A stretch of 39,253 nt of DNA from a virus: the IMG/VR virus record IMGVR_UViG_3300037400_001181, positions 1 to 39,253 of that record; one strand, written 5' to 3'. Below, in pieces: positions 15,501 to 24,669 of the stretch; position 1 is the stretch's first letter, and each line of letters opens with the position of its first letter. The position numbers were made by a program, and so were the translations under genes. The notes below the pieces were generated by a model. That model searched no databases, was not told the origin of the DNA, and saw nothing but the letters and a program-made list of their open reading frames with translations.

Positions 15501-17708
15501 TGTATCGGTTTCTCCTTGAAAAACACGTCCGCCTTCTGTGCGAAAAACACCACTTTCTTTTATGTAGTTCCGCACTGTTTTTTCGCTGACATCCATATAT
15601 TCAGCCAGCGCTTCCACGGTAACGCCATCCCCCATATCGCAGTATCCGAAGGCTGTTTCAAGCGCCTCTTTCCGTGCGCTCCGGCGATCTCTTTTGTTCC
15701 CGGCGCGCTTCCCAGACTTGGCAAAATTCCGCTTCCAACTAGGCAAATCCTCATCCGGATTCAGGTCACCCAGCACGCCAGAAAAGTCAACTTTATGAAC
15801 CGGATATTCAAACCAGATATTCAGCGCGGGGAACTTGGGGAACTCTCTCAACGTGCCCTCGATGCGCCAGCCGGTGACGGCGTCTGTCCGCTGTTCTGTC
15901 TGCTCCACTTCCGTCAAAAGCTCGTTGTATGCCCTGGTCGGTAAGTAGTCCGCGCAAGCATCCAGCGCCGCCCGGCGGGAGCACAGATCATCCTGCCCCA
16001 CCTTATCCAGCTGGTCATATCGCTTGAGCCATTGGCCGCAGAGCTGCCCCACAGCGTTGTTCTTCCGCTGCTCTCGCAGCTCGTCTGTCAGTTCCAATTC
16101 AATCATATCCAGGAGAGCATCTGGGTCTCGCGCGAACACGCCGGAGCCGCTGGCTCTGTCCATGCTGCGCTTGCCGCCCTGGGCACCTTTTGAGTGATGG
16201 TGGCAGTAGATGACGGCACAGCCCAACTCGGTACAGACCTTATCAAACTGGTTGCAGAAGGCGGCCATTTGGTCGGCGCTATTCTCATCGCCAGTGATGA
16301 CCTTATAGATGGGGTCGATGATGATGGCAATGTAGCTCTGCTTCGCCGCTCGACGGATGAGTTTCGGAGCCAGCTTGTCCATGGGGACGGAGTGGCCACG
16401 CAGGTTCCAGATGCTGACGCCATGCTGGGACGGCGCTCCCATGGCCTGTCTCACGTCCCGGAACCGGTGCAGGCAGGACGCACGGTCCAGCTCCAGATTG
16501 ACATACATGACCTTGCCCTGAGCGCACTTGAATCCCATCCAGGGCAATCCCTCCGCGATGCAGATGGCCAGCTCGATGAGGGCGAAGGACTTGCCCGCCT
16601 TGCTGGGGCCAGCCAGCAGCATCTTGTGTCCCTGCCGCAAAATGCCCTCAATGAGCGGCGGGGACAGCTCCGGCAGGTTGTCGGTCAGGTCGTCCTCTAC
16701 GTCCGGCAGGTCATCGTTGGCGCCCTCGATCCAGTCACGCCATTCCGCCCAGCTGCTCTTGCCCACATTCACCGCCAGCAGGCTCTGCTGTATGCCCTTC
16801 CGGGTCACCCCGGGCATTCGGGACAACCGGGACGGGTTCCGGTTCTGCTGGTCCACCGCAAGGCCGTTCTTCTTGCAGACGGTATAGAGGTAGTCCACTC
16901 GACTGCGGTATTCCCGGTAATCCGGCGCGTCCACCTTCACGATGGCGTGGAGGCTTTTCCCGCCGCTATGTACCAGGCAGGCGATGGGCAGCTCCAGCGC
17001 TTTCAGAGTAGCATACTGCTCCTCTATGGGCATCTCATCCGACTCCACCAGGGCGTAGTTGTAGGCGGTGACATTCTCATTTCGGACGCCGTTGCCGTCC
17101 AGTGGGTTGAACCGGATCCACGCCCCTGCATCCGGGTTCCAGTCCTGCACCACCCGACCAAGGTCGCCGTCGCAGATGGACAGATCTTCGATGAGTTCTC
17201 CTGCCGTCTGGTCATAGCGGCCTTTCTGGGGCATATATCGCCCATCCCGTTCCCACGCCTTTGTGACATAGCCCACCAGGTCAGAGCTGTCAAAGAGGGT
17301 CTCCAGGTAGGTGGTCAGCTGCTGCACCGGGCTGCCCAGCGGGAGGGGCAGCTCCTGCCCCTCCAACCAGTTCTTGTCTACCACCACTAGGTCATCGCGC
17401 TCGGCGGAAATGACATCGTCCCAGCCAATCTCTGCCCCCAGCCCGTTGGGCACCCAGCCATGATCCTTCGCCATGGCCACGATGGTGCCGCCGGTGACAG
17501 GAGAGGCTGTGGCAGCATGGAAGCTCTGCCACTTCTTCTCGCAGTTCCCCGGTCTGTATCGACTGTCCGGGCGGCTCCAATCGTCCCACACCTGCCAGCC
17601 AAAGCCCTCCAGCTTCAGCGCCATACCCACGTTGCACCACTCCTGATAGTTTGTGCTGGCCACTGGGATGGCGTTCAGGGCGTCTAAAATGTACGTTTTG
17701 GATTCCAT
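15486..17708 (-). CDS. Primase-polymerase / RecA-fold helicase fusion with C-terminal HTH
   Basis: 740 aa. PriCT-2-like N-terminus (WCNVGMALK...WDDWS...CEKKWQSF), AEP-like HSGGKSLHAIV, Walker A GPSKAGKS, and a C-terminal VSEKTVRNYIKESG. Confidence 0.85.
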   Translation of the reverse strand: MESKTYILDALNAIPVASTNYQEWCNVGMALKLEGFGWQVWDDWSRPDSRYRPGNCEKKWQSFHAATASPVTGGTIVAMAKDHGWVPNGLGAEIGWDDVISAERDDLVVVDKNWLEGQELPLPLGSPVQQLTTYLETLFDSSDLVGYVTKAWERDGRYMPQKGRYDQTAGELIEDLSICDGDLGRVVQDWNPDAGAWIRFNPLDGNGVRNENVTAYNYALVESDEMPIEEQYATLKALELPIACLVHSGGKSLHAIVKVDAPDYREYRSRVDYLYTVCKKNGLAVDQQNRNPSRLSRMPGVTRKGIQQSLLAVNVGKSSWAEWRDWIEGANDDLPDVEDDLTDNLPELSPPLIEGILRQGHKMLLAGPSKAGKSFALIELAICIAEGLPWMGFKCAQGKVMYVNLELDRASCLHRFRDVRQAMGAPSQHGVSIWNLRGHSVPMDKLAPKLIRRAAKQSYIAIIIDPIYKVITGDENSADQMAAFCNQFDKVCTELGCAVIYCHHHSKGAQGGKRSMDRASGSGVFARDPDALLDMIELELTDELREQRKNNAVGQLCGQWLKRYDQLDKVGQDDLCSRRAALDACADYLPTRAYNELLTEVEQTEQRTDAVTGWRIEGTLREFPKFPALNIWFEYPVHKVDFSGVLGDLNPDEDLPSWKRNFAKSGKRAGNKRDRRSARKEALETAFGYCDMGDGVTVEALAEYMDVSEKTVRNYIKESGVFRTEGGRVFQGETDTEREK

Positions 17709-17714
17709 CTTTCG

Positions 17715-19307
17715 TTACCTTTCCGGGCGGAACTCTTTGGGCGTGACGCCCCTGGGTACCCGCCAGCGATTGGAGGCAATGCGGTCGATCATATTCTTCG
17801 CCCCATCGAACGACCAGGTCCCCACATTAGAAAAGCCATATCGCTCTAGGCAACGAATCTGCTTGGGCGTTGATAAGCCGTCCATCCGGCGCTTCCGGAT
17901 CCGATCCAGCAACAGACTGGCCTTTCCGGCGTTGTCGATCTGGTCAGGGAGAATCCCAGCTCGTTCCAATTCCTTGCACTGGGCGTCGCTGGGCGGCATC
18001 ATCTCCCATCCGAAGGACGGAATGTACCCTGCCAAATCCTCTGCCTGAATGGACATCTCGAACTGCAACGGGTCCACCAAGCGCCGCTTGCGCTTGCGCA
18101 TATCCTCCAGCTGCTGCGCCAGGGCTTCCTCTCGCTGGGCGATGACATCCTGGTTGGCTTTCTGCTCCGCCTCATCTATATCCACGGCGCACCCCGCCAC
18201 ATCCTCCAGGTTCTCCGTCATCTTCTGGGCTACCTCATCGCTCTCACAGATGAGGCTGGCCGGGTGGCACAGCTCATGCCGTGCCGTGTGCCAGAGGAAG
18301 TCCAGCAATAACAGGTGGTCTTTGCCCGGGTGGAGTCGAGTTCCACGCCCCACCATCTGACTGTAAAGACTCCGCACTTTGGTCGGCCGCAGTACCACCA
18401 CACAATCCACGCTGGGGCAGTCCCAGCCCTCCGTCAGCAGCATGGAGTTGCAGAGGACGTTGTATTCTCCCCGGTCAAAGGCTTCCAACACCTCTGCCCG
18501 GTCGGGGCTGTTGCCGTTGACCTCGGCGGCCAGGAAGCCATGGGCGTTCAGGATGTCCCGGAACTTCTGGCTCGTCTTGACCAGGGGCAGGAACACCACC
18601 GTCTTGCGTGTTTTGCAGACCTTCTCCATCTCTGTGGCGATCTGCTCTAGATAAGGGTCTAAGGCCGTGCTGATCTCCGCTGCCTTAAAATCCCCTGCCT
18701 GCACGCTGACGCCGGACAGATCCAGAGACAGCGGGATGGTCAGGGCTTTGATGGGCACCAGATAGCCCTCCCGGATGGCTTTCGGCATGGTGTACTCATA
18801 GGCCAGGCTCTCAAAGACCTTGCCCAGGTTCCGCATATCCCCCCGGTCCGGGGTTGCGGTGACCCCCAGCACTTTGGCCGACGAGAAGTGTTCCAGCACC
18901 CGCTGATAGCTGTCAGACACGGCGTGATGTGCCTCGTCGATGACGATGGTCTGGAAATAGTCCTTGCCGAACTGACTCAGCCGCTTTTCCCGCATCATGG
19001 TCTGCACGGAGCCAACCACCACTCGATACCAGGTGCCCAGGCAGCTTTGGCCTGCCTTCTCCACCGCACAGCCCAGGCCAACGGCCTTCTGCATCTTGTC
19101 CGCCGCCTGGTCCAGCAGCTCCCCCCGGTGGGCTAAGATCAGGACTCGTTCCCCGTTGCGCACCATATCCTCGACGATCTTCACAAAGACGATGGTCTTG
19201 CCGCAGCCGGTGGGGAGCACCAGCAGCGTCCGGCCAATGCCCCGCTGCCACTGCTCCTCCACTGCTTCCCGCGCCGCCTGCTGATAAGGGCGCAGCTCAA
19301 CCCCCAT
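17715..19307 (-). CDS. DEAD/DEAH-box SF2 helicase
   Basis: 530 aa. LPTGCGKT (motif I) and IDEAHH (motif II). TGATG overlap with the upstream gene. Confidence 0.85.
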   Translation of the reverse strand: MGVELRPYQQAAREAVEEQWQRGIGRTLLVLPTGCGKTIVFVKIVEDMVRNGERVLILAHRGELLDQAADKMQKAVGLGCAVEKAGQSCLGTWYRVVVGSVQTMMREKRLSQFGKDYFQTIVIDEAHHAVSDSYQRVLEHFSSAKVLGVTATPDRGDMRNLGKVFESLAYEYTMPKAIREGYLVPIKALTIPLSLDLSGVSVQAGDFKAAEISTALDPYLEQIATEMEKVCKTRKTVVFLPLVKTSQKFRDILNAHGFLAAEVNGNSPDRAEVLEAFDRGEYNVLCNSMLLTEGWDCPSVDCVVVLRPTKVRSLYSQMVGRGTRLHPGKDHLLLLDFLWHTARHELCHPASLICESDEVAQKMTENLEDVAGCAVDIDEAEQKANQDVIAQREEALAQQLEDMRKRKRRLVDPLQFEMSIQAEDLAGYIPSFGWEMMPPSDAQCKELERAGILPDQIDNAGKASLLLDRIRKRRMDGLSTPKQIRCLERYGFSNVGTWSFDGAKNMIDRIASNRWRVPRGVTPKEFRPER

Positions 19308-19843
19308 CAGAACGTCCCCGCCTGCCAGTGGCCGGGTGCGGGATACCCGGCCATGCTCTGCTGCTGGCCGTATGCCGGGTTAGGGGCAGGCTGTGCCGGT
19401 GCCGCCGGCGGCATCTGCTGGCCGGGCGCCGGTTCTAAGTAGGACTTCACTTTGTTGGCCTGGCCGGTGTCTCCATTGTTTTTCGTCCAGGTGCGCACGC
19501 CGATCTCGCAGCGCCCACGAGCTCCGACGATGGCATTCCAGTTCACCCGGCATGGCACGCCAGGCCGCTTCATACCGATACCAATGAGGAACTGGCTCAG
19601 ACGCCATTCTGCCTTGCGGTTCATGAACAAGGTGTCCCGGACGGTCGTGCCGCCCGCCTCCAGGGACAGTTCTACCTTATTGCAGGCGCACATCTTGGCG
19701 CCGCCGGGGTAGCGGCCACGTTCGAACTTGCTGACCACAAAGTCATACTGACCCGGCTCCAGCAGCACGAACGAACTCTCTTCGGCGATCTCATCGTCCC
19801 AACCGATCTCTGCGCCCATGTTGTCGTTGATATAGTCACTCAT
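19307..19843 (-). CDS. DUF669-like protein (ssDNA-binding-type accessory of Sak4 recombinases)
   Basis: 178 aa directly after the Sak4-like ATPase, with a Pro/Gln-rich tail ending in ...WQAGTF. Family call is from gene order and recollection of DUF669, not from a search. Confidence 0.55.
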   Translation of the reverse strand: MSDYINDNMGAEIGWDDEIAEESSFVLLEPGQYDFVVSKFERGRYPGGAKMCACNKVELSLEAGGTTVRDTLFMNRKAEWRLSQFLIGIGMKRPGVPCRVNWNAIVGARGRCEIGVRTWTKNNGDTGQANKVKSYLEPAPGQQMPPAAPAQPAPNPAYGQQQSMAGYPAPGHWQAGTF

Positions 19844-19860
19844 GATGTATCCTCCTTAAT

Positions 19861-20994
19861 TTAGAACGGCAGCTCTGCTCTGTCTGCCTTGACTGCTTCA
19901 AACACCTGGGGCCACGCCGCGATCAGGCAGCCCTCAATGAACTCCTGTGGATAATCCTGCACCGGCATGTCCAGCGGGAAGTACCCCTTCCCCCCTACCA
20001 CCAGTCTAATCTCAGACGGCGTGACCTGATTTTCTCGCAGCAGGTCCGCCAGCGGCGGATAGATCCCTTTCAAGCTGTTGGAGAACGTGAAGGGCGGCAC
20101 ATCGTCATCCGTAGACGCATCCTGCGCAGTAGCAGGAGCTGCGGAAGCGGGAGCAGCCGGGGCCACGTTTGTAGCCGCAGGGGTAGGGTTTTCCGGCATT
20201 ATCTGCGCCGCTGAGACAGCGGGCGGCTCCGGCGCCACAGTGGGCGGCACGGGTGCCGGGGTCGGCGGTGTCTGTACCGCAGGTGCGAAGATGTGGGCGA
20301 TCTGGCCGTAGTCCATTGGCATCTCGTCGGGGAGACCGTGGCGGTTTTTGGCCACGAACGCCGGGCGGGTCGCTGCGTACATCGTGCGCTGGCCGCCCTG
20401 CCCCTTCCCTTTCTGGCCTTTGTTGTCGGTGGAAATGACCATCACCTTATAATTGCAAAACAGAATCATATCTGCCCATTCCATCGTCAGCGCAGTGATT
20501 TTGGGGTCACACTTTAAAGACCACTGGTCATATTTTCCGAACTGGTCAGGCTGTTCCACGTGCTTCAGCACACTGTGGGCAGTCAGGACAACGTGAACTC
20601 CCTTGGATGTGAGCAAGTCCAGCAGGTCCAGCAATCTGCCGTACTCCTCCGCTGCGTAGGTATATCCCTTCCCGTAGTCGAAATCTTCAATGCCTTGCTT
20701 CCCTACACGCTGCGCCACCGCAGTATTGCACTGTTTCGCCGCCCAGTCCGCCGTGTCAATGACCAGCGTTCCCAGTTCGCCGGGGTGGTCGATTGCATAC
20801 TGCACCTCGCTTTTGAGCATCTCCCAGCTGGACGGCGCGGGGAATCGAGCCACATCAAAGTTCCGCGTACTCCCCTCCGTGTCAATGAATACGGCATTGG
20901 GGAACTGCGCCGCCAGTGTCGTTTTCCCAATGCCAGGGACACCATAGATGATGACCTTCTGCCCGCAAGGGATACGGCCTCTTGTGATTTCCAT
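19861..20994 (-). CDS. Sak4-like RecA-type AAA ATPase (AAA_24-like) with Pro/Ala linker and extra C-terminal domain
   Basis: ATG at 20994 is 7 nt after AAAGGAG (the GTG at 21015 has no RBS). Walker A YGVPGIGKTT. Confidence 0.8.
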   Translation of the reverse strand: MEITRGRIPCGQKVIIYGVPGIGKTTLAAQFPNAVFIDTEGSTRNFDVARFPAPSSWEMLKSEVQYAIDHPGELGTLVIDTADWAAKQCNTAVAQRVGKQGIEDFDYGKGYTYAAEEYGRLLDLLDLLTSKGVHVVLTAHSVLKHVEQPDQFGKYDQWSLKCDPKITALTMEWADMILFCNYKVMVISTDNKGQKGKGQGGQRTMYAATRPAFVAKNRHGLPDEMPMDYGQIAHIFAPAVQTPPTPAPVPPTVAPEPPAVSAAQIMPENPTPAATNVAPAAPASAAPATAQDASTDDDVPPFTFSNSLKGIYPPLADLLRENQVTPSEIRLVVGGKGYFPLDMPVQDYPQEFIEGCLIAAWPQVFEAVKADRAELPF

Positions 20995-22271
20995 CAAAAT
21001 ACTCCTTTCTGCCACTGCTGTGCAGGCGGGGCAAATTCAGGCTCTGGAGCCTTTACCAGCCCATCTTCAATGATGATGCTGCACTCTCCGCCGGTGCTGA
21101 CCCTAGTGGCGATGGCCTGCAAGCCCTCCTGTTCCAGCCATACGCCGAACTCCCGGAGGGTGGCCAAGTCCATCTGCTCCAGCTTGTCCAGCAGGACAAA
21201 GGCGCAGTTTGGGTTCAGCCGCCGGACAATGGCGGTGGCTACTCTCAGCTGGTCAGACCCGGACATATTGCCCCACGGCTGGCCATGATAGAGCAGCTTG
21301 CCGTTTTCTACCGACAGCCCAGGCAAGGGCAGGTCGGCCTGGGTCAGAAGTTCCGTCCGCTGACGGCGGATGCTGCCAATCTCCTCTGTCAGCGCCCGAT
21401 ATTCCGCGTCCAGGGCTTCTGCCGCCTGCATGGCGTTGGCCTTCGCCTGGTTCGTCCGCACCTGCTGATTGATCTGGTCGATGCGTTGGAGGTCAGCCTC
21501 CAGCTGTGTGGTGGACTCGTCCACCAGCCCCACCGTGGCCTGTTCCGCCGCCACGATGTCACTTGATACCCGCTCATACTGTTCCCGCAGCATATCCAGC
21601 TGTTCCGCCAGACTGCGCTGTTCCGCTTTCAGCTGGGACAGGTTTTCCCGCTTGCGCCGGTTCTCCTCGTTGCGCCACAAGATCTCCTGCTGCCGCTGGA
21701 TCAGCTCCAGGGCTGACACCTCCTGCGCTGGAGCGCCCTTCACCTCCGGCAGCTCGTCCGCATACTTCCGCTTCTGCTGGTACTGCTGGCCGATGTAGCG
21801 CCGCTTGTTATACGCTTCTGCCTCCTGGCGGTCCATGGTCACGAGCTGGTCTCCTACGCCGATGATGCGCAGCAGGGTGTCTGCCTTCTCTTTGTCGGAC
21901 GCCTGCATAAATTTGGGCAGATTGAGGGCCAGCTCTTCCACAAAGCTGTTCAAGAGCTGCTGACCGGCTCGCTTGCCGGTGGGGTCTGTGACCTTCAGGG
22001 TGGCGTTTTTCCCGCTCCGCTCCACGACACAGCCGTTGGAGAGGGTGACGCGCAGCCGGGGCGGCGTGTTTGCACCCTCCCGCATGGGGTTGTCTGGCCG
22101 GAAGCGCTCACCGCCCAGCGCCCAGGCGATGGCGTCTAATACCGACGTCTTGCCCTGGTTGTTGTTGCCGCCGATGACCGTCAGGCCAGTCTCCGCCGGT
22201 GTGATAGTCACCGCTCGCACACGCTTGGTGTTCTCGATCTCAAGCTGGTTGATATGTGCGCCTTGCTTCAT
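20994..22271 (-). CDS. SMC/Rad50/SbcC-like ATPase
   Basis: 425 aa. Walker A GGNNNQGKTS, a long central coiled coil, signature-like SGSDQL, and Walker B FVLLDKLE. Confidence 0.8.
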   Translation of the reverse strand: MKQGAHINQLEIENTKRVRAVTITPAETGLTVIGGNNNQGKTSVLDAIAWALGGERFRPDNPMREGANTPPRLRVTLSNGCVVERSGKNATLKVTDPTGKRAGQQLLNSFVEELALNLPKFMQASDKEKADTLLRIIGVGDQLVTMDRQEAEAYNKRRYIGQQYQQKRKYADELPEVKGAPAQEVSALELIQRQQEILWRNEENRRKRENLSQLKAEQRSLAEQLDMLREQYERVSSDIVAAEQATVGLVDESTTQLEADLQRIDQINQQVRTNQAKANAMQAAEALDAEYRALTEEIGSIRRQRTELLTQADLPLPGLSVENGKLLYHGQPWGNMSGSDQLRVATAIVRRLNPNCAFVLLDKLEQMDLATLREFGVWLEQEGLQAIATRVSTGGECSIIIEDGLVKAPEPEFAPPAQQWQKGVF

Positions 22272-22354
22272 TGATTTTCTGCCTCCTTTGGTTTATACTG
22301 TAATTGGTCTTTTGCCTTTGCCGTCGTCGGAGTTGCCCCTCCGGCGGCGGCTTT

Positions 22355-23002
22355 TTACGTTCTGTGCGCCTCCAGCTCTGGCAGCACTGCGCAGAGCTTG
22401 TCCCAGTTTGCCTTGACCGCACCGGTCTCCCATAGCGATACAGTCGCCTGGGTCACTCCGACTATAGCTGCAAGCCCACTCTGGGTCATACCCTGGGCTT
22501 TGCGCGCCAGCGCAATGCATTTCTGCCCGGCGGCGACCTTGTCCTTGTTCGCCTCGTAGTACGCCTTCTGCCGGGCGGCGATCTTGTCCTTGTTCGCCTC
22601 GTACCACGCCTTCTGCTGGGCGGCGATCTTGTCCTTGTTCGCCTCGCGGTACGCCTTCTGCCGGGCGGCGATCTTGTCCTTGTTCGCCTCGTAGTACGCC
22701 TTCTGCCCGGCGGCGACCTTGTCCTTGTTCGCCTCGTAGTACGCCTTCTGCCGGGCGGCGATCTTGTCCTTGTTCGCCTCGCGCCACGCCTTCTGCCGGG
22801 CGGCGACCTTGTCCTTGTTCGCCTCGCGCCACGCCTTCTGCCGGGCGGCGACTGCTTTTTGTTTTGTCGTCTTTGGGTTGATGATGTCCTTGTCGATGAC
22901 GTCGAGCTCTTTGTGCTCATCCCATGTCAGAGCCGCCTCCAGGCACTCATCCGGCACATCGGGATAGGGGCACTCCAGGCAGTTGTAGTTGCACTCGATC
23001 AT
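22355..23002 (-). CDS. Cys-cluster + 7x 15-aa repeat + XRE-type HTH protein
   Basis: Start at ATG 23002 (8 nt after AGGAG); 23008 is also possible. MIECNYNCLECPYPD..., then repeats AARQKA[WY][RY]EANKDK[VI], then HTH MTQSGLAAIVGVTQATVSLWETG. Confidence 0.7.
   Translation of the reverse strand: MIECNYNCLECPYPDVPDECLEAALTWDEHKELDVIDKDIINPKTTKQKAVAARQKAWREANKDKVAARQKAWREANKDKIAARQKAYYEANKDKVAAGQKAYYEANKDKIAARQKAYREANKDKIAAQQKAWYEANKDKIAARQKAYYEANKDKVAAGQKCIALARKAQGMTQSGLAAIVGVTQATVSLWETGAVKANWDKLCAVLPELEAHRT
22520..22851. repeat. 45-bp tandem repeat, about 7.4 copies, in frame within the CDS
   Basis: Unit cttctgccgggcggcgatcttgtccttgttcgcctcg..acgc recurs at 22565, 22610, 22655, 22700, 22745, 22790 and 22835. 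Confidence 0.95.
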
Positions 23003-23013
23003 GTCCATCTCTC

Positions 23014-23322
23014 CTATCTTTGCGTAAGCTTGCTTGTCCTGCGGCGTCGCACGCTCCGGCACTGGCTGATGTTGTTGACATCATTGGCTATCCGCTCGCC
23101 CTCGCTGACCCTGGCCACCGCGATGAGCTTGGCGTACACCGCATAATGGGTGCAACTATCGTGGCAGGTGGCCGTCCTGCCGGTATCTGGCGTACAGCCC
23201 CAGCACGGTGCTGCCACCCGTCCCAGTCGATAGCAGACCGGACACAGCTCCGCCGCGCCGACCGTCACCAGGGTTTGGGTGTTCCATAGGCGCTGGCAGT
23301 GGGCGCAGGGTCTGCGGCTCAC
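23014..23322 (-). CDS. Cys-rich (CxxC pairs) small protein
   Basis: 102 aa with a GTG start in a GTGA overlap. CAHC, CPVC, CWGC and CHDSC motifs suggest a zinc ribbon. Confidence 0.4.
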   Translation of the reverse strand: MSRRPCAHCQRLWNTQTLVTVGAAELCPVCYRLGRVAAPCWGCTPDTGRTATCHDSCTHYAVYAKLIAVARVSEGERIANDVNNISQCRSVRRRRTSKLTQR

Positions 23323-23525
23323 CGCTTGAGCCTCCGCGCCAGCATCCGATCAAAGGCCGTCTCGGACACCGACATCATCCAGGCGGCGGCGCACATGGTA
23401 ATGCTAGCAGGCAGCCAGTTGCCCAGCAGCGCCATGTGTCCGGCAGTCGCCCAGGCCGCTACGCCCATTACAGCGCCAGCGATGCCAACGACCAGCTGGC
23501 AGGTGCATTTTGTTCTCTGCGTCAT
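23319..23525 (-). CDS. Small membrane protein (68 aa)
   Basis: AAGGAGGGG RBS. Two hydrophobic segments (LVVGIAGAVMGVAAWA and WLPASITMCAAAWMM). Confidence 0.5.
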   Translation of the reverse strand: MTQRTKCTCQLVVGIAGAVMGVAAWATAGHMALLGNWLPASITMCAAAWMMSVSETAFDRMLARRLKR

Positions 23526-23538
23526 GTTGTTCCCCTCC

Positions 23539-23892
23539 TTATACCCGCTTGGTTACGTCCTTGATAATCGCCAGATAGCTGTCCGCAGTGACATCAATTT
23601 CCCGCTTGCCGCCGTGGTCATACCGCGCGATCACATACTCACGATCCTGGTCTCCGTACAGCTCACAGGACACCACGCCGCACCGAGTCTGGCTCAGCAG
23701 CCACCCCAGGTTGCGCACAAACAGACGCCGGTCGTCGTCCCACAGCTGTTCTGCTCGCGTCTCGTCTGCTGGGGTAGGAGACACGTCAGCACTGGGCTCC
23801 AGCTCGTACCCGGCAAGGTAGTCTTCGAGTTTCGCATTAAGCTCCTTGGCACGCTCCACAGCCTTAGCCAGGGCGTCATCGATGATTGTCAT
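23539..23892 (-). CDS. Hypothetical protein (117 aa)
   Basis: ORF in the early operon with an ATGA overlap with the upstream gene. Confidence 0.5.
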   Translation of the reverse strand: MTIIDDALAKAVERAKELNAKLEDYLAGYELEPSADVSPTPADETRAEQLWDDDRRLFVRNLGWLLSQTRCGVVSCELYGDQDREYVIARYDHGGKREIDVTADSYLAIIKDVTKRV

Positions 23893-24071
23893 TTGTCATA
23901 CCTCCTCAGCTGTCTCGTCTGCACCCGCCGACCCCAAGCGTCCGCCAGCATCCCGTATGTAATCCACTCCGGGCACCACCGCCGCTGGTAGTCCAGCAGG
24001 CCCTTGCAGCGGCGCTGGCGGTATAGGCGGCATTTCGCGCATTTGGGGCAGGTGCTGGGGTAGTTAGCCAT
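23889..24071 (-). CDS. Hypothetical Cys/Arg-rich protein (60 aa)
   Basis: CPKCAKC motif. Overlapping gene junctions on both sides. Confidence 0.4.
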   Translation of the reverse strand: MANYPSTCPKCAKCRLYRQRRCKGLLDYQRRWCPEWITYGMLADAWGRRVQTRQLRRYDK

Positions 24072-24255
24072 CGGTGTTGTGGCAATCTGCGCAAGCCATC
24101 ATCGCCTTGAGTGCCATAACAATCGCCTCCCGCTCGTAGCACCAGGCGTGCAGCAGTTCTTCGTCCGGTTCAGCCGCAGCCGCTTCGATAGCTTCGGCCT
24201 CCTCGGTCTTCTCAAGTTCCCGCTCAAAATAGCGGATTGCTTCTTCGATTTTCAT
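24064..24255 (-). CDS. Hypothetical acidic protein (63 aa)
   Basis: AAAGGAG RBS 6 nt upstream of the ATG. Confidence 0.45.
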   Translation of the reverse strand: MKIEEAIRYFERELEKTEEAEAIEAAAAEPDEELLHAWCYEREAIVMALKAMMACADCHNTDG

Positions 24256-24354
24256 TTCGTAGTCTCCTTTCCGACTGCCGACACTGCGATAACGTCCCAG
24301 GTCGGATGGTCCTCTTTGGCCTTGGTGTACGCAGGCGCATATTGACTGCTAATT

Positions 24355-24669
24355 TCATGCTGGTTCCCCTTTCTTGATTTCTGTCCGATTGATGGACTGC
24401 TCGTATGCCCATTCGGACAACGCCCGGCGGCTGATTTTCGTGCAGGAGCCGACCCGGTAGTTGGGTACATAGCCGCAGCGTGCCCACTCCCGCAGGGTAG
24501 TTTCTGACACGTCTACTAGCTTTGCCGCTTCCTTGCAGCTGACCGCGATCTTCTTCTCACCGTCCTCTGCAATGGCCTGGATCCTTGCCAGCTGGGCGGT
24601 CAGCGCGTCCAACTTCTCAGGCAGCGCCAGGAGCGCTGCGAACACTTCGCTCATCGTAGGTTCGTTCAT
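24355..24669 (-). CDS. Excisionase/MerR-type HTH DNA-binding protein
   Basis: 104 aa. VSCKEAAKLVDVSETTLREWARCGYVPNYRVG resembles Xis-family HTH. The RBS is an A7G9 homopolymer tract. Confidence 0.55.
   Translation of the reverse strand: MNEPTMSEVFAALLALPEKLDALTAQLARIQAIAEDGEKKIAVSCKEAAKLVDVSETTLREWARCGYVPNYRVGSCTKISRRALSEWAYEQSINRTEIKKGEPA

Noticed and set aside
16194-17390. 398-aa plus-strand ORF
   Set aside because: It is antisense to the primase-helicase gene, shows the same antisense-frame composition, and has no RBS or recognisable motifs.
22293-22920. 179-aa and 144-aa alternative-frame ORFs (RRPAEGV.. and RTRTRSPPGRRR.. repeats)
   Set aside because: They exist only because the 45-bp tandem repeat has no stop codon in any minus-strand frame. 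The frame continuous with the Cys cluster and the HTH domain is the credible one.
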